64,000 nt of DNA from a virus: positions 1 through 64,000 of IMG/VR virus record IMGVR_UViG_3300023174_000100; one strand, given 5' to 3'. Numbering within the stretch: position 1 is the stretch's first letter; each line of letters starts with the position of its first letter. Under the pieces are notes generated by a model. It was not told the origin of the DNA. It saw nothing but the letters and a program-made list of their open reading frames with translations, and made no database searches. Positions 47,726 to 57,410 of the stretch are shown here, piece after piece. A program made the position numbers and the translations under genes.

Positions 47726-48488
47726 CATTTACCTTTCATATTGTGTTACTGCCTGTGATGAGAAAGATGAGTTATTTGTCTTACTTTCTTTATTGGAGGG
47801 AGTTATTGCAGTAGATACGGAAATTATTGTGCAGACGGATTCCTCCAGGGTAACTAATGATGTTTTGGATGTAATTAAGAATCATCCTATATCAGAACAT
47901 ATAAATCATGTTAATTTTCCATTGAACGGAGATTTTGCAACATTTAAAAATAATTTGTTTAAGCATGCAAGAGGTGAATGGATTTTTCAAATTGATGCAG
48001 ATGAGTTATTGAATGATTATTTGTTGTATAATTTAAAAACATTGTTGGAAATTAATGCAGACATGGAAATGATTGCCGTTCCTAGAGTTAACATTGTAGA
48101 AAACATTACACAAGAATGGATTAATCATTGGAATTGGAAAATTAGCAAACAAGATATAGCTATTCAATCTACTTTAGAGCCTATAAGTATTTATTCTGAT
48201 TTATATAAATTGCTTGAGATTAATAATTTGATTAAGGAGGAGTATAACATTAATAGTAGTAAAGATATAAGGTCTGTTGTTTATTATAAGCCTATTATTA
48301 ATTTTCCGGATTATCAAACGAGGATATATAGGAATTTAGATAAGATTAGATTTAAGAATAAGGTACATGAAGTAATTACAGGATATTCATATTATGCTGC
48401 TATACCTGATGAATGGAATTGGTGTTTATTGCATGTTAAGAGTATTAATAAGCAGATAAGTCAAAATGAAATGTATTCTAAATTATAA
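47718..48488 (+). CDS. GT2-like glycosyltransferase
   Basis: SYCVTACDE, DFATFKN, WIFQIDADE, PDYQTRI, KVHE motifs. Confidence 0.85.
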   Translation: MDNIYLSYCVTACDEKDELFVLLSLLEGVIAVDTEIIVQTDSSRVTNDVLDVIKNHPISEHINHVNFPLNGDFATFKNNLFKHARGEWIFQIDADELLNDYLLYNLKTLLEINADMEMIAVPRVNIVENITQEWINHWNWKISKQDIAIQSTLEPISIYSDLYKLLEINNLIKEEYNINSSKDIRSVVYYKPIINFPDYQTRIYRNLDKIRFKNKVHEVITGYSYYAAIPDEWNWCLLHVKSINKQISQNEMYSKL

Positions 48489-48514
48489 TATGATTATTCC
48501 TAAATGTTGAACTT

Positions 48515-49552
48515 ATGTTACGTATTAGATTAGTTGATGTTGATAGGGGTAGAAATAAGGCTACATATAGAGGATTTTTGATGTATAAAGATTTGTTCAA
48601 AGATGTAGGAATAGATTTTATTATTGCTGGGGATATGGTAGACAGTTGGGATATAAGCATTTTAGGTGATGAATGTTTTATTAACCGGCGGGCGAAGTCT
48701 TTACAGGAGTCTATTGATTATGGATTAGAGAGATTACATGAGATAGATGGAAGATTCATGCTATATGATGGTTCTGATTCTCCATCTATTTTAGGATCTT
48801 ATGATGTATTTGAAAATAGCAATGCAGAAAAATTAATAAAGAATCAAATATATAGTAAAGATGTATATAGCATTCCATCTCCATTGGGTAAGGAATGGTG
48901 GAACATGTATGCCGGCCGGGAGGATAAGATTTCCTATGATGTAAAAAGATATGATGACATTGTTTTATCTGGTTATAATCTCGGGTACTATCATCCACAT
49001 TATATGCAATTCGCGAATCATGAAGTAAAAAAGGAACATGATATATTTGCAGTTTATCAAGCGGATCATAAGGAGAATTATGACTTTGGAATTCGCAACG
49101 ATTTATATTATAGCAGACATAGAAAGCGGAGCTTGGATACATTGGATAGATTGGATGATACCTATAATATCGTTTCTGGCAGGCTTTCTCCTGAGGATTA
49201 TAACATAGTATTGATGAGAAGTAAATGTGCTATATCTCCTTTTGGTATGGGGGAGATATGTTTTAGGGATTTTGAGATATGGAATTATGGATGTATAATG
49301 ATTAAGCCTTTTATGAATAATGTAATAACTAATCCTAATCCGTATATAGACAGGGAGACTTATTTTGCATGTAATAATAATTGGGATGATTTAAATGATC
49401 TTATTGATGTTGTATTGTCATTGAACAATAATGATGTTAAAGATATTAATAACAATGTGAGGAATATGTTGATTGATATGTATTCCCCGCAGAATTTTGT
49501 ATTGAATTTTTATAACATTTTAGCAAGTTTAAACGGAGTAACTAAATACTAG
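48515..49552 (+). CDS. GT-B-fold glycosyltransferase-like protein
   Basis: C-terminal SKCAISPFGMGEICFRDFE...GCIMIKP resembles Glyco_trans_1_2-type donor domains. Confidence 0.6.
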   Translation: MLRIRLVDVDRGRNKATYRGFLMYKDLFKDVGIDFIIAGDMVDSWDISILGDECFINRRAKSLQESIDYGLERLHEIDGRFMLYDGSDSPSILGSYDVFENSNAEKLIKNQIYSKDVYSIPSPLGKEWWNMYAGREDKISYDVKRYDDIVLSGYNLGYYHPHYMQFANHEVKKEHDIFAVYQADHKENYDFGIRNDLYYSRHRKRSLDTLDRLDDTYNIVSGRLSPEDYNIVLMRSKCAISPFGMGEICFRDFEIWNYGCIMIKPFMNNVITNPNPYIDRETYFACNNNWDDLNDLIDVVLSLNNNDVKDINNNVRNMLIDMYSPQNFVLNFYNILASLNGVTKY

Positions 49553-49563
49553 TAATAATAGTC

Positions 49564-50826
49564 ATGAATAAATTAGTAGAAATTTTAAAGTCTTGGGGTA
49601 TAGCTATAAACCCAAATGAAAAACAAAGTAAATTAGCTGAAGCTAGAATTCAAATTTGTGATGTCTGTGAACATAAGAAAACATCTCCTACGGTTCATTG
49701 TGGTGTTTGCGGATGCTTACTTAAAGGTAAGATATATTCACCGGTAGAAAATGCTTGCCCGGAAGGAAAATGGGCGGAGGTAGATAAAGCTATGTCAGAT
49801 GAAATACAGGCATTAGCAGCTGAAATTCCTACCTATAATACAAATCCGGTTATGCCCGAACCCATACAAACTGAAGATAAAACTGTTCAATTTGTTTGCG
49901 CACAGCCGGCCACTCTATATTATGCATGGCAAGTTGAAGTAATGATTAATAATTTCCTATCAATGGGTGTTAATCCCGCTTCTATAAATATTGTATGTGC
50001 TTTAGATGAAACTGAGACAATCCCTACTGAATGGTTTAAACTGTTGATGAGGTATAGACATGTTAAATTCTTTTTCTACTTGGATACTAGAACTTCTAAA
50101 AATTATGTATCTTCTATAAGACCTAATATACTTAAACAACACTGGCTAAGGAATCCTAGCTTAAAAGATGATATTATATTCTACCATGATTGTGATATTG
50201 CTTTTACTAGGCCTGTTAATGAGTGGCTTACTACAGATTTATTAAAAGACAATAACTGGTATGGCTCTAATTGCAATTCGTATCTTTCTTCCGATTATAT
50301 AGAAAGTAAAGGACAAGATATTTTAAATGCTATGTGCAATATTAGTGGAATACCCAAAAGCATAGTACAACAAAATAACGAAAATAATATAGGAGCTCAA
50401 TATATAATGAAAGATGTTAGCCCTTTTTTCTGGTTATCTGTGGAAGAACAGTGCGAAAAACTATACACTGATATTACGCAAATAAATAACGTAAAAAAAC
50501 AAGATGATTCGAATTACATGGAACTGCAAATTTGGTGCGCTGATATGTGGGCTATTCTTTTCACTGCATGGAATTTAGGTAAAAACACAATAGTTCATGG
50601 TAATTTAGGATTCTCTTGGTCAACTGATACTGAAAATGACTGGTATAAGTATAATATATATCATAACGCAGGAGTGACTTCCGATAATCAAGGATATTTT
50701 TTTAAAGCAGCATATATGAATAGATTACCTTATAATGAACCTGATGTTTATATACAAGATAGCGCCAATAAAAAATATTGGGAATTAATTCAACAAACAG
50801 GAAAAAATTCTTGTTTATTAGAGTGA
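49564..50826 (+). CDS. Cys-rich Zn-binding N-terminal domain fused to an HPAT/SERGT (GT95/GT96)-like protein O-glycosyltransferase domain
   Basis: N-terminus CDVC...CGVCGC...CPEGKW. GT domain YYAWQ, YVSSIRP, YHDCD (DxD), IGAQYIM, WCADMWA, YHNAG. Confidence 0.6.
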   Translation: MNKLVEILKSWGIAINPNEKQSKLAEARIQICDVCEHKKTSPTVHCGVCGCLLKGKIYSPVENACPEGKWAEVDKAMSDEIQALAAEIPTYNTNPVMPEPIQTEDKTVQFVCAQPATLYYAWQVEVMINNFLSMGVNPASINIVCALDETETIPTEWFKLLMRYRHVKFFFYLDTRTSKNYVSSIRPNILKQHWLRNPSLKDDIIFYHDCDIAFTRPVNEWLTTDLLKDNNWYGSNCNSYLSSDYIESKGQDILNAMCNISGIPKSIVQQNNENNIGAQYIMKDVSPFFWLSVEEQCEKLYTDITQINNVKKQDDSNYMELQIWCADMWAILFTAWNLGKNTIVHGNLGFSWSTDTENDWYKYNIYHNAGVTSDNQGYFFKAAYMNRLPYNEPDVYIQDSANKKYWELIQQTGKNSCLLE

Positions 50827-51003
50827 TGTTGTTTTTCATTTTGTCATATAACTATTATATAGTATATTAGTTACTAATTAGAATCGGTAGTTTAAGATAA
50901 AATAAGGATAAATCCTAGATGGTGCTTAATTCACCCCGATTTTTTTAATTTTTATTTATACAGACCTTTTAGAACACAAACTAGAAAATAAGTTAAAAAT
51001 TAA

Positions 51004-51501
51004 ATGAGTATTAGAGAGAATAGAAGTCTTGAAAATTTACCCGGAGAGGTTTGGAAACCATTTCCTAACTACGAAAAATGGTATCAAGTTTCTAACTTAG
51101 GAAGAGTAAAAAGAATGAGTAGGTTATGTGTACAAAAAAGAAAAAACGAGAATGGAAAGCCTCTTTCCGAACTGTCTTATACATTAGATGAAATAATTCT
51201 AGCCCAATCATTTACAACAGCCGGCTACTTAATGATAAGATTCTCTTATGAGACAAAAGAGGATGGACTTATTTCAAGATTTAATGTAGCAATGCATAGG
51301 GCTGTAGCCATGGCTTTTATTCCAAATCCTAATAATTACCCACAAGTAAATCATATAGACGGAGACAAAACAAATAATACAGTTTCTAATTTAGAATGGT
51401 GCGATAATTCTAGAAATCAAATACACAGAAATTATATACTAGAGAAAAAATCTAAGTCTAAATATCTAGGGTATTTAATGAGAAATAAAAACAAACTATA
51501 A
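51004..51501 (+). CDS. NUMOD4-HNH homing endonuclease
   Basis: EVWKP...YQVSNLGRVK (NUMOD4); HRAVAMAFIPNP...VNHIDGDKTNNTVSNLEW (HNH). Confidence 0.92.
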   Translation: MSIRENRSLENLPGEVWKPFPNYEKWYQVSNLGRVKRMSRLCVQKRKNENGKPLSELSYTLDEIILAQSFTTAGYLMIRFSYETKEDGLISRFNVAMHRAVAMAFIPNPNNYPQVNHIDGDKTNNTVSNLEWCDNSRNQIHRNYILEKKSKSKYLGYLMRNKNKL

Positions 51502-51504
51502 TAT

Positions 51505-52311
51505 ATGCAAAATGTTGTGTATTGGATTGGGGTAAAAAATCCAAATCCTCACATGAACGATAAACATGGGGGGTTTAAGTATTTAGACGTGTCAAGAAAA
51601 ACATGGGAATGGTGGTGCAATAAAAATAATGTTGCTTTTGTTCCTTACGAATTAGATAATTATAAACCATTTCACGAAGGGACTAAAGTTACTTGGCAGA
51701 GATGGTTTGATATGAAAAAAGTAATAACAGAGAAAGGTATTGACCCTAATTGGATTTGGGCAATAGACGGATCTAGCATGATTAAATGGGATGCTCCCGC
51801 TCCCTGGGAGGATAAAAAATTAGATTCCAAAATAGTTTACGCTCATAGATCTTTAGAAAATTTATTTTGGATAACAGAGGGGATAGATGGATATAAAGAT
51901 TTGTTTTCTGTTGATTTTGATTTGACAAAATATTTATGTACAGGAAATGTTCTTCTTAATAAAGACAATTACAGTTTTCTATCCGACTTAGAAATTTTCT
52001 TCTTGACAAATAGAGAAAAGATAATGTACCTCGAAAATGAAAAAATAAAAAGGGGTACGGATCAGCCTGTATTTAATTACTTTGTTCAGGATAACAAAAT
52101 TCCTTTTAGCGTAGATACTCTTAATCCTAAGTTTATGCTAACTCATCTCAATAGATTTCATTGGCTTAGTCATAATTGGAATACACAAAATACTACACCA
52201 TTTTTTATAAAATATGGATGGTTTTGGTTATTTAGCGGATTTCCTACTAGAGGAGACCGATATGAGTTGATGTCAAAAACATGGGATTTAATAAAACATA
52301 ATTATGAGTAA
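51505..52311 (+). CDS. GT-A glycosyltransferase (GT8/GT34-like), DxD motif degenerate
   Basis: WQRW, AIDGSS, YLCTG, TDQPVFNY; paralogous to the next gene. Confidence 0.65.
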   Translation: MQNVVYWIGVKNPNPHMNDKHGGFKYLDVSRKTWEWWCNKNNVAFVPYELDNYKPFHEGTKVTWQRWFDMKKVITEKGIDPNWIWAIDGSSMIKWDAPAPWEDKKLDSKIVYAHRSLENLFWITEGIDGYKDLFSVDFDLTKYLCTGNVLLNKDNYSFLSDLEIFFLTNREKIMYLENEKIKRGTDQPVFNYFVQDNKIPFSVDTLNPKFMLTHLNRFHWLSHNWNTQNTTPFFIKYGWFWLFSGFPTRGDRYELMSKTWDLIKHNYE

Positions 52312-53044
52312 AGACATAGTTGTTCAAATAGCTATTAACAAATCCGAAAGATCCGCTAATCAAGGATATTCAATTAGCTCTAAATCTTGGAAAAAATGGT
52401 GTGACTTAAACAATGTCGACTTATTTTCCATAGATTCCGAAATAGTGTCTGATTTAGGTTTTCAGTGGAATAAAATTTTTATTTTAGATTTACTCTCTGC
52501 AAACGATATTGAGTATAATAGAGTTTTGTATGTAGATTCTGACACAATAGTTCATCCTAAAATGCCTTATGTATTTGATTTAGTCGGAGATAAATTTGGC
52601 GTAGTAAGAAATTACGGATGTATGGATTGGGTTTGCCGAAGCGTTGAGAATTGCCATCAATTGGTTTTTCCAAATAGCGAAGTATTAAGTCCATTCAAAT
52701 ACTTTAACTCCGGAGTTATGATATTTAACAAATCTCATAAATCTTTTTTTGACTCAGTAAAGGATTTTTACAATACGGAAAATAAAAAAATTTTAGATTT
52801 TCAAAGTACAGGTGTAGGTAAAGATCAACCTATACTTAATTATTTATCTGAAATTCATAATATAGAAAAAGTATATTTACCTTATGAGTATAATATGCAA
52901 GATATGAATAGATTTGAGGTACTAACCTCTAATATGCTACATACTAGATTTGGATGGATATATCATTTTAATGGAGGAGTTAAACCAACTCCAGGTGCTT
53001 GGATGCTTGAAACACATAATTTTTTAAATGAAAGATATGGTTAA
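52304..53044 (+). CDS. GT8-like glycosyltransferase
   Basis: RVLYVDSD, YFNSGV, DQPILN, YNMQ, IYHFNG. Confidence 0.85.
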   Translation: MSKDIVVQIAINKSERSANQGYSISSKSWKKWCDLNNVDLFSIDSEIVSDLGFQWNKIFILDLLSANDIEYNRVLYVDSDTIVHPKMPYVFDLVGDKFGVVRNYGCMDWVCRSVENCHQLVFPNSEVLSPFKYFNSGVMIFNKSHKSFFDSVKDFYNTENKKILDFQSTGVGKDQPILNYLSEIHNIEKVYLPYEYNMQDMNRFEVLTSNMLHTRFGWIYHFNGGVKPTPGAWMLETHNFLNERYG

Positions 53045-54062
53045 ACTAGATTATACCTATGTTATAGGAACAAATGTTATGTTTTATGAAATAGACATGC
53101 TTCCTTACTTAGTTGATAGTATTATTGATTCAGTAAAAGAAATTGAAAATCAAGAAAATATAACCATTGATTTATTTTTAAATACATGTTATTTGTTCGA
53201 ATCTTGCGAAAGTCCAGAAACAGCTAAAAATATTCAATGGAAATTTATGAATATTATTCATAAATTAAAGCAAGAGACTAATTGTAAAATAATACAAGGG
53301 CATTTACCAAATTCTTCAGATTTATATACAATGGTAAATTACAGAAGAGACTTGAATTACAATTATGCTAATAAAGTAGATATTGTTATTTGGGGAGAAA
53401 CAGATTGCTTAGTTCCTCATAATACTTTTTCTATATTAGATAAAATAAAAAAGTCATCTGATAATGCTAAATTTTACAGATATATTATTACTTTTGCGGA
53501 TAGAAAAATGTGGGATTCTTCCTGGGAGGTATTAGAACATCCAGAATTTTTGAATTCTACATACTATGAAAAATCAGATCCTAGGTGCTTTACAGAAAAA
53601 CACTCTATAAGATATGTCATGACTAAAGATGAAATGGATAAGATTAATAAAAAATATGAATCTGATATTGATGTTAATGTCTTGTATAGTCCTAAATTTG
53701 ATGGTAGTTTATTATGTATAAGTTCTGAATTAATAAAAGCTGGCGCTAACATACCTTTAGGTTTTTGGGGCCTGAGCGGAGAAGATACAGCTTTTATGCA
53801 AGAATGCATGAAAGTTATGCAAAATTATTACGTTCAATATGTAGTAAAAAATATTTTGAAAGTACATAATAGAGAACATCCAGAAAAGAGGAAGTATGCT
53901 GTGTCAAAATCAGATGGTCAAAAAAGCACTCAAGAAAAAAAAGGAGATTGGTACAATATAGTAAGAGACATAAACAAGAAAAACTTAGAACTTCTATACG
54001 GAAATAATAGACAAGAAAGGTTACTTACTTATAAAGATTATATAAAAGAATTAAATATATAG
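53028..54062 (+). CDS. GT-A-fold glycosyltransferase-like protein
   Basis: WGETDC (ExD), FDGS, GEDTAF, HNREHP; located in GT island. Confidence 0.6.
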   Translation: MKDMVKLDYTYVIGTNVMFYEIDMLPYLVDSIIDSVKEIENQENITIDLFLNTCYLFESCESPETAKNIQWKFMNIIHKLKQETNCKIIQGHLPNSSDLYTMVNYRRDLNYNYANKVDIVIWGETDCLVPHNTFSILDKIKKSSDNAKFYRYIITFADRKMWDSSWEVLEHPEFLNSTYYEKSDPRCFTEKHSIRYVMTKDEMDKINKKYESDIDVNVLYSPKFDGSLLCISSELIKAGANIPLGFWGLSGEDTAFMQECMKVMQNYYVQYVVKNILKVHNREHPEKRKYAVSKSDGQKSTQEKKGDWYNIVRDINKKNLELLYGNNRQERLLTYKDYIKELNI

Positions 54063-54063
54063 C

Positions 54064-54981
54064 ATGGATTCTAAAGATTTAAAAAACATAGTGAAAGATT
54101 TAGAAAAAAGTCTTAAAAAAATACAAGTTAGTGGAAGAAATCTGAAAAAAATAAGTAAGAATCTCGCTAAAGAAGTAAAAAATAATAATAAACCTTCTTC
54201 TATAAAAGATTTTAAAGTAGATAAAAAAGAATTCAAGTATCCTATAAAAGTTTTAAATTATAGGGCGGTTAAAGAAAGTGACGAAAATATGTTTTTTGGA
54301 GGATCAGATGATGAGGCAAGGATATCTTGGAAGAAGCAGAAAAAATTGGACAATCCCAAATTTATGGACAAAAAAGTAGAAAGAGAATATAGACTATTGG
54401 CATATATGAGCGGAATATCTCCGAATACAGATTTATCGGATGTTCAAAGAGTAGTTATATCCAAAAAAAGTTCCGGAGCTACTTACTTTTTATTTGAATC
54501 TAAGAAATATTATGTTGAAACGGAGTATAATTTCAACACTAAAAATTTGATAAATAAGTCCATACAAACCATAAAATCCGAGGGAGAGAATATTTCTAGC
54601 GGCGATTTAAATTTACTTGTTAGACAAATAGCTAATTTAAAAAACCAGAATAAAATAAGAAAAATAGAAGGAGAGTTCCTGAGAAGAAGTAATTCTACAG
54701 GTTATTATGTATATTTAAGATATGGTTTTGTTCCGGATGAATCAGCTCAAAGCAATTTTAGAAACTTAATAGATGAATTTAATAATCAATATCCTAATAA
54801 TAGAGTAAATAAAATAGAAGATTTCCTAAAAACGGAAACAGGCAGGAATTTTTGGAGAGAGAAGGGTGATGATTGGGATGGATATTTTGATTTATCAGAT
54901 AACTCTTATAGTATGAAAACACTAGGAGATTATGTCGAAAATAAAATTGACAGAGATTTGTTTAACTTAACATTTAAATAG
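54064..54981 (+). CDS. Hypothetical protein with GNAT-like C-terminal domain
   Basis: RQIANL...KIEGE...GYYVYLRYGF...GRNFWREKG..W.GYFDL. Confidence 0.5.
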   Translation: MDSKDLKNIVKDLEKSLKKIQVSGRNLKKISKNLAKEVKNNNKPSSIKDFKVDKKEFKYPIKVLNYRAVKESDENMFFGGSDDEARISWKKQKKLDNPKFMDKKVEREYRLLAYMSGISPNTDLSDVQRVVISKKSSGATYFLFESKKYYVETEYNFNTKNLINKSIQTIKSEGENISSGDLNLLVRQIANLKNQNKIRKIEGEFLRRSNSTGYYVYLRYGFVPDESAQSNFRNLIDEFNNQYPNNRVNKIEDFLKTETGRNFWREKGDDWDGYFDLSDNSYSMKTLGDYVENKIDRDLFNLTFK

Positions 54982-54983
54982 CA

Positions 54984-55238
54984 ATGGAAAGCAACTTAAA
55001 ATTAATTCAAAAAACCCTCAGAGATTTAATTAAATTTTCAGATGGTGAAGAAGACTTAGAATTAGATGTAGCTTTTATACTTTCGAATTATGAAGATTCT
55101 TACATAGATGAAGTTAGAAAAATTTACTACGAGAGAAAATTTAATTGGCTTGACGGAATAGACAACAAAATAGCTGATTTACTGATAAATATATACGGAT
55201 TATACTTTGATGAACAAACAGATACCGAAACTAATTAA
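54984..55238 (+). CDS. Small acidic hypothetical protein
   Basis: 84 aa, D/E-rich, starts 2 nt after the previous stop. Confidence 0.55.
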   Translation: MESNLKLIQKTLRDLIKFSDGEEDLELDVAFILSNYEDSYIDEVRKIYYERKFNWLDGIDNKIADLLINIYGLYFDEQTDTETN

Positions 55239-55250
55239 ATAATTTATATC

Positions 55251-55904
55251 ATGGGTTACATTTTACCATCGTTTTATCATGCAATAGCAAGCGAAAAATT
55301 AAAAAGACCTTGTCCGGAAATTTTTGTAGAGACAGGAACTTTTAAAGGAGGCACGGCGCTTACAACCTTACGGCATGTTGGAAATTTAGACGACTTCTCT
55401 CAGTGGCACACAGTTGAGTTAGGAGATTCTATTGCAAAAATTGCCTCTAATAGATTCAAGCAAATAGAAAAAAGGGGGAAATTTTATGATGAGATTCTTT
55501 CGGACGATACGGAAGATTCAGATTTTATTGAAAAGGAAACTTACTTTGATGGAAAATTAACGTTATATAAAAACGACAGCACTGCTTTCCTATCAGAGTT
55601 TTTAAAAGACAGGACGAATCCCATATGTTTTTGGTTAGATGCTCACGCAGGTGCCGACAAATACGCTAGAGGAGAACAAGATGTACCCCTACTTAGAGAA
55701 CTTGAACTAATCTTTGAAACTGCCCAGGAAAATGATTTAATAGGTATTGATGACGCTCACTTATTCGGTACAAATCAAAATGGCAAATGCGATTATACAA
55801 AAATAACAATTAACTTAATAAAAGAATTATCTAACTCCTATGGATATTCCGTATATGCATCTCAACCTTATAACATGGAATTATTAATTATATTTCAAGA
55901 ATGA
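55251..55904 (+). CDS. Class I SAM-dependent methyltransferase-like protein
   Basis: FVETGTFKG, TVEL, DS, FWLDAH, IDD motifs. Confidence 0.75.
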   Translation: MGYILPSFYHAIASEKLKRPCPEIFVETGTFKGGTALTTLRHVGNLDDFSQWHTVELGDSIAKIASNRFKQIEKRGKFYDEILSDDTEDSDFIEKETYFDGKLTLYKNDSTAFLSEFLKDRTNPICFWLDAHAGADKYARGEQDVPLLRELELIFETAQENDLIGIDDAHLFGTNQNGKCDYTKITINLIKELSNSYGYSVYASQPYNMELLIIFQE

Positions 55905-56830
55905 GAATATTAATCATACATCAACCTTTCCCTATGGGTAATTATAAATTATCCCAAGCATTAGGATCAGAATTGCATTTAAGAGGACATGAAGTAACTA
56001 CAGTACATCAACTTAACATGTCAGAAATAAATGAAGAGATGTCAGAAGAATTTAAAAATAGTATAGATGAATTAAATCCTGATGTTATTTATTATGAAAT
56101 GTTAGATGCTGCTACATTTAATATCATAAAAAATGTAAAATGTAGGAATAGAATATTATGCGCTACATCTAATGGAGTTTTAGGATACGATGGAATTTTG
56201 AAAGGATGGGGAACATATTACGATAAATTGATAACTAATTCTAAAAAATTATATGATGATGTTTATACTAACATATGCGCTGAAACATTTAATTATTATT
56301 TTCTAGCTATAAATGATTCTGAATTAATATACAATCCCATGTATGATAAGAGATGTGTATTTTTGGGAATGGGATTTAATAGACTTACAGATGAATCTTA
56401 CAAGCTAGAAAGAGAAATATTTTTTTCTGGAGGTAATGATTCATTATCTATATATGGTCAAGGTTGGGGTAATCATGAAAATTTAGTTGGCATTTTACCT
56501 CCTGATGATATTGGTTCCTTATACAAATCAGCTAAGAGTGCTGTAGCCATAATAGGTAAAGGCCAAAGAGAATTAGGTATGATTAATAACAGATACTCTG
56601 AAATAGCTTTTTCTAAATGTCCTATAGTTACCTATCCTTATGATATCGATTGGTTTGGTGCTGAAAATTACATGAACTTTATAAAATCCCCTTCCGAACT
56701 ACACAAATTAGTATCGGAAATAATTAGAAATCCTGATAAATATCATTATAAATGTAACCTTTTTAGGGATTTCATTGTTAATCAGAATAAAATATTTTAC
56801 GAAAAATTAACTAGATTACTTTATGTATAA
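55901..56830 (+). CDS. GT-B glycosyltransferase (CgeB/Glyco_trans_1_2-like)
   Basis: MRILII, VFLG, IYGQGW, LYKSAK, NNRYSE motifs. Confidence 0.75.
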   Translation: MRILIIHQPFPMGNYKLSQALGSELHLRGHEVTTVHQLNMSEINEEMSEEFKNSIDELNPDVIYYEMLDAATFNIIKNVKCRNRILCATSNGVLGYDGILKGWGTYYDKLITNSKKLYDDVYTNICAETFNYYFLAINDSELIYNPMYDKRCVFLGMGFNRLTDESYKLEREIFFSGGNDSLSIYGQGWGNHENLVGILPPDDIGSLYKSAKSAVAIIGKGQRELGMINNRYSEIAFSKCPIVTYPYDIDWFGAENYMNFIKSPSELHKLVSEIIRNPDKYHYKCNLFRDFIVNQNKIFYEKLTRLLYV

Positions 56831-57410
56831 CTACGAAGAAATTTTAAAAGACATTCCCGATAAAAAGGAGAATAAAAACACTACATCTCACAAATTTAAG
56901 AAAGATTTACTAGATTTTTTCTCTGACAAAAATATAAAAGTTTGTTTAGAAATAGGATCTAACTGGGGGTATACAACTAGAGTATTGTCTTACATATCTG
57001 AAAAAGTATATACTATTGATCACCTAGAAGATAATATTAAAAAGGTAATAGAAAATACGAAGGGCAGAAAGAATATAACTTGTATTATTGGAGATGCCTA
57101 CTCAAATAAAACATACATAAACATAAATGATAGCATTGATTTATGTTTTATTGATTGTGTTCATGATTACTCAAATGTTAAAGAAGATATTGAGAGATGC
57201 TTACGAATGAAAAAAGAGGATAAAGACTTATATATTGTCTTTGATGATTATGGACATCCAACAGCAAGAGGAGTTAAAAAAGCTATAGATGAGGCTATAA
57301 CTTCCGGTAGACTTGAGGATACTCATAGAATAGGCCACGAATCCGGATTTAATGTTTTTAATTCTGTTGTATTAGTTGACAGCGAAGGGATAATTTGCAA
57401 AGTTTTATAA
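56823..57410 (+). CDS. Methyltransf_24-like SAM-dependent methyltransferase
   Basis: LEIGSNWGYTT, FIDCVHDY, IVFDDYG motifs. Confidence 0.85.
   Translation: MYNYEEILKDIPDKKENKNTTSHKFKKDLLDFFSDKNIKVCLEIGSNWGYTTRVLSYISEKVYTIDHLEDNIKKVIENTKGRKNITCIIGDAYSNKTYININDSIDLCFIDCVHDYSNVKEDIERCLRMKKEDKDLYIVFDDYGHPTARGVKKAIDEAITSGRLEDTHRIGHESGFNVFNSVVLVDSEGIICKVL

Noticed and set aside
50827-51504. Group I intron or functional tRNA around the NUMOD4-HNH gene
   Set aside because: Flanking genes look complete and unrelated, no group I core elements were recognised, and the structure lacks a D-arm, a proper anticodon arm and the TTC T-loop.
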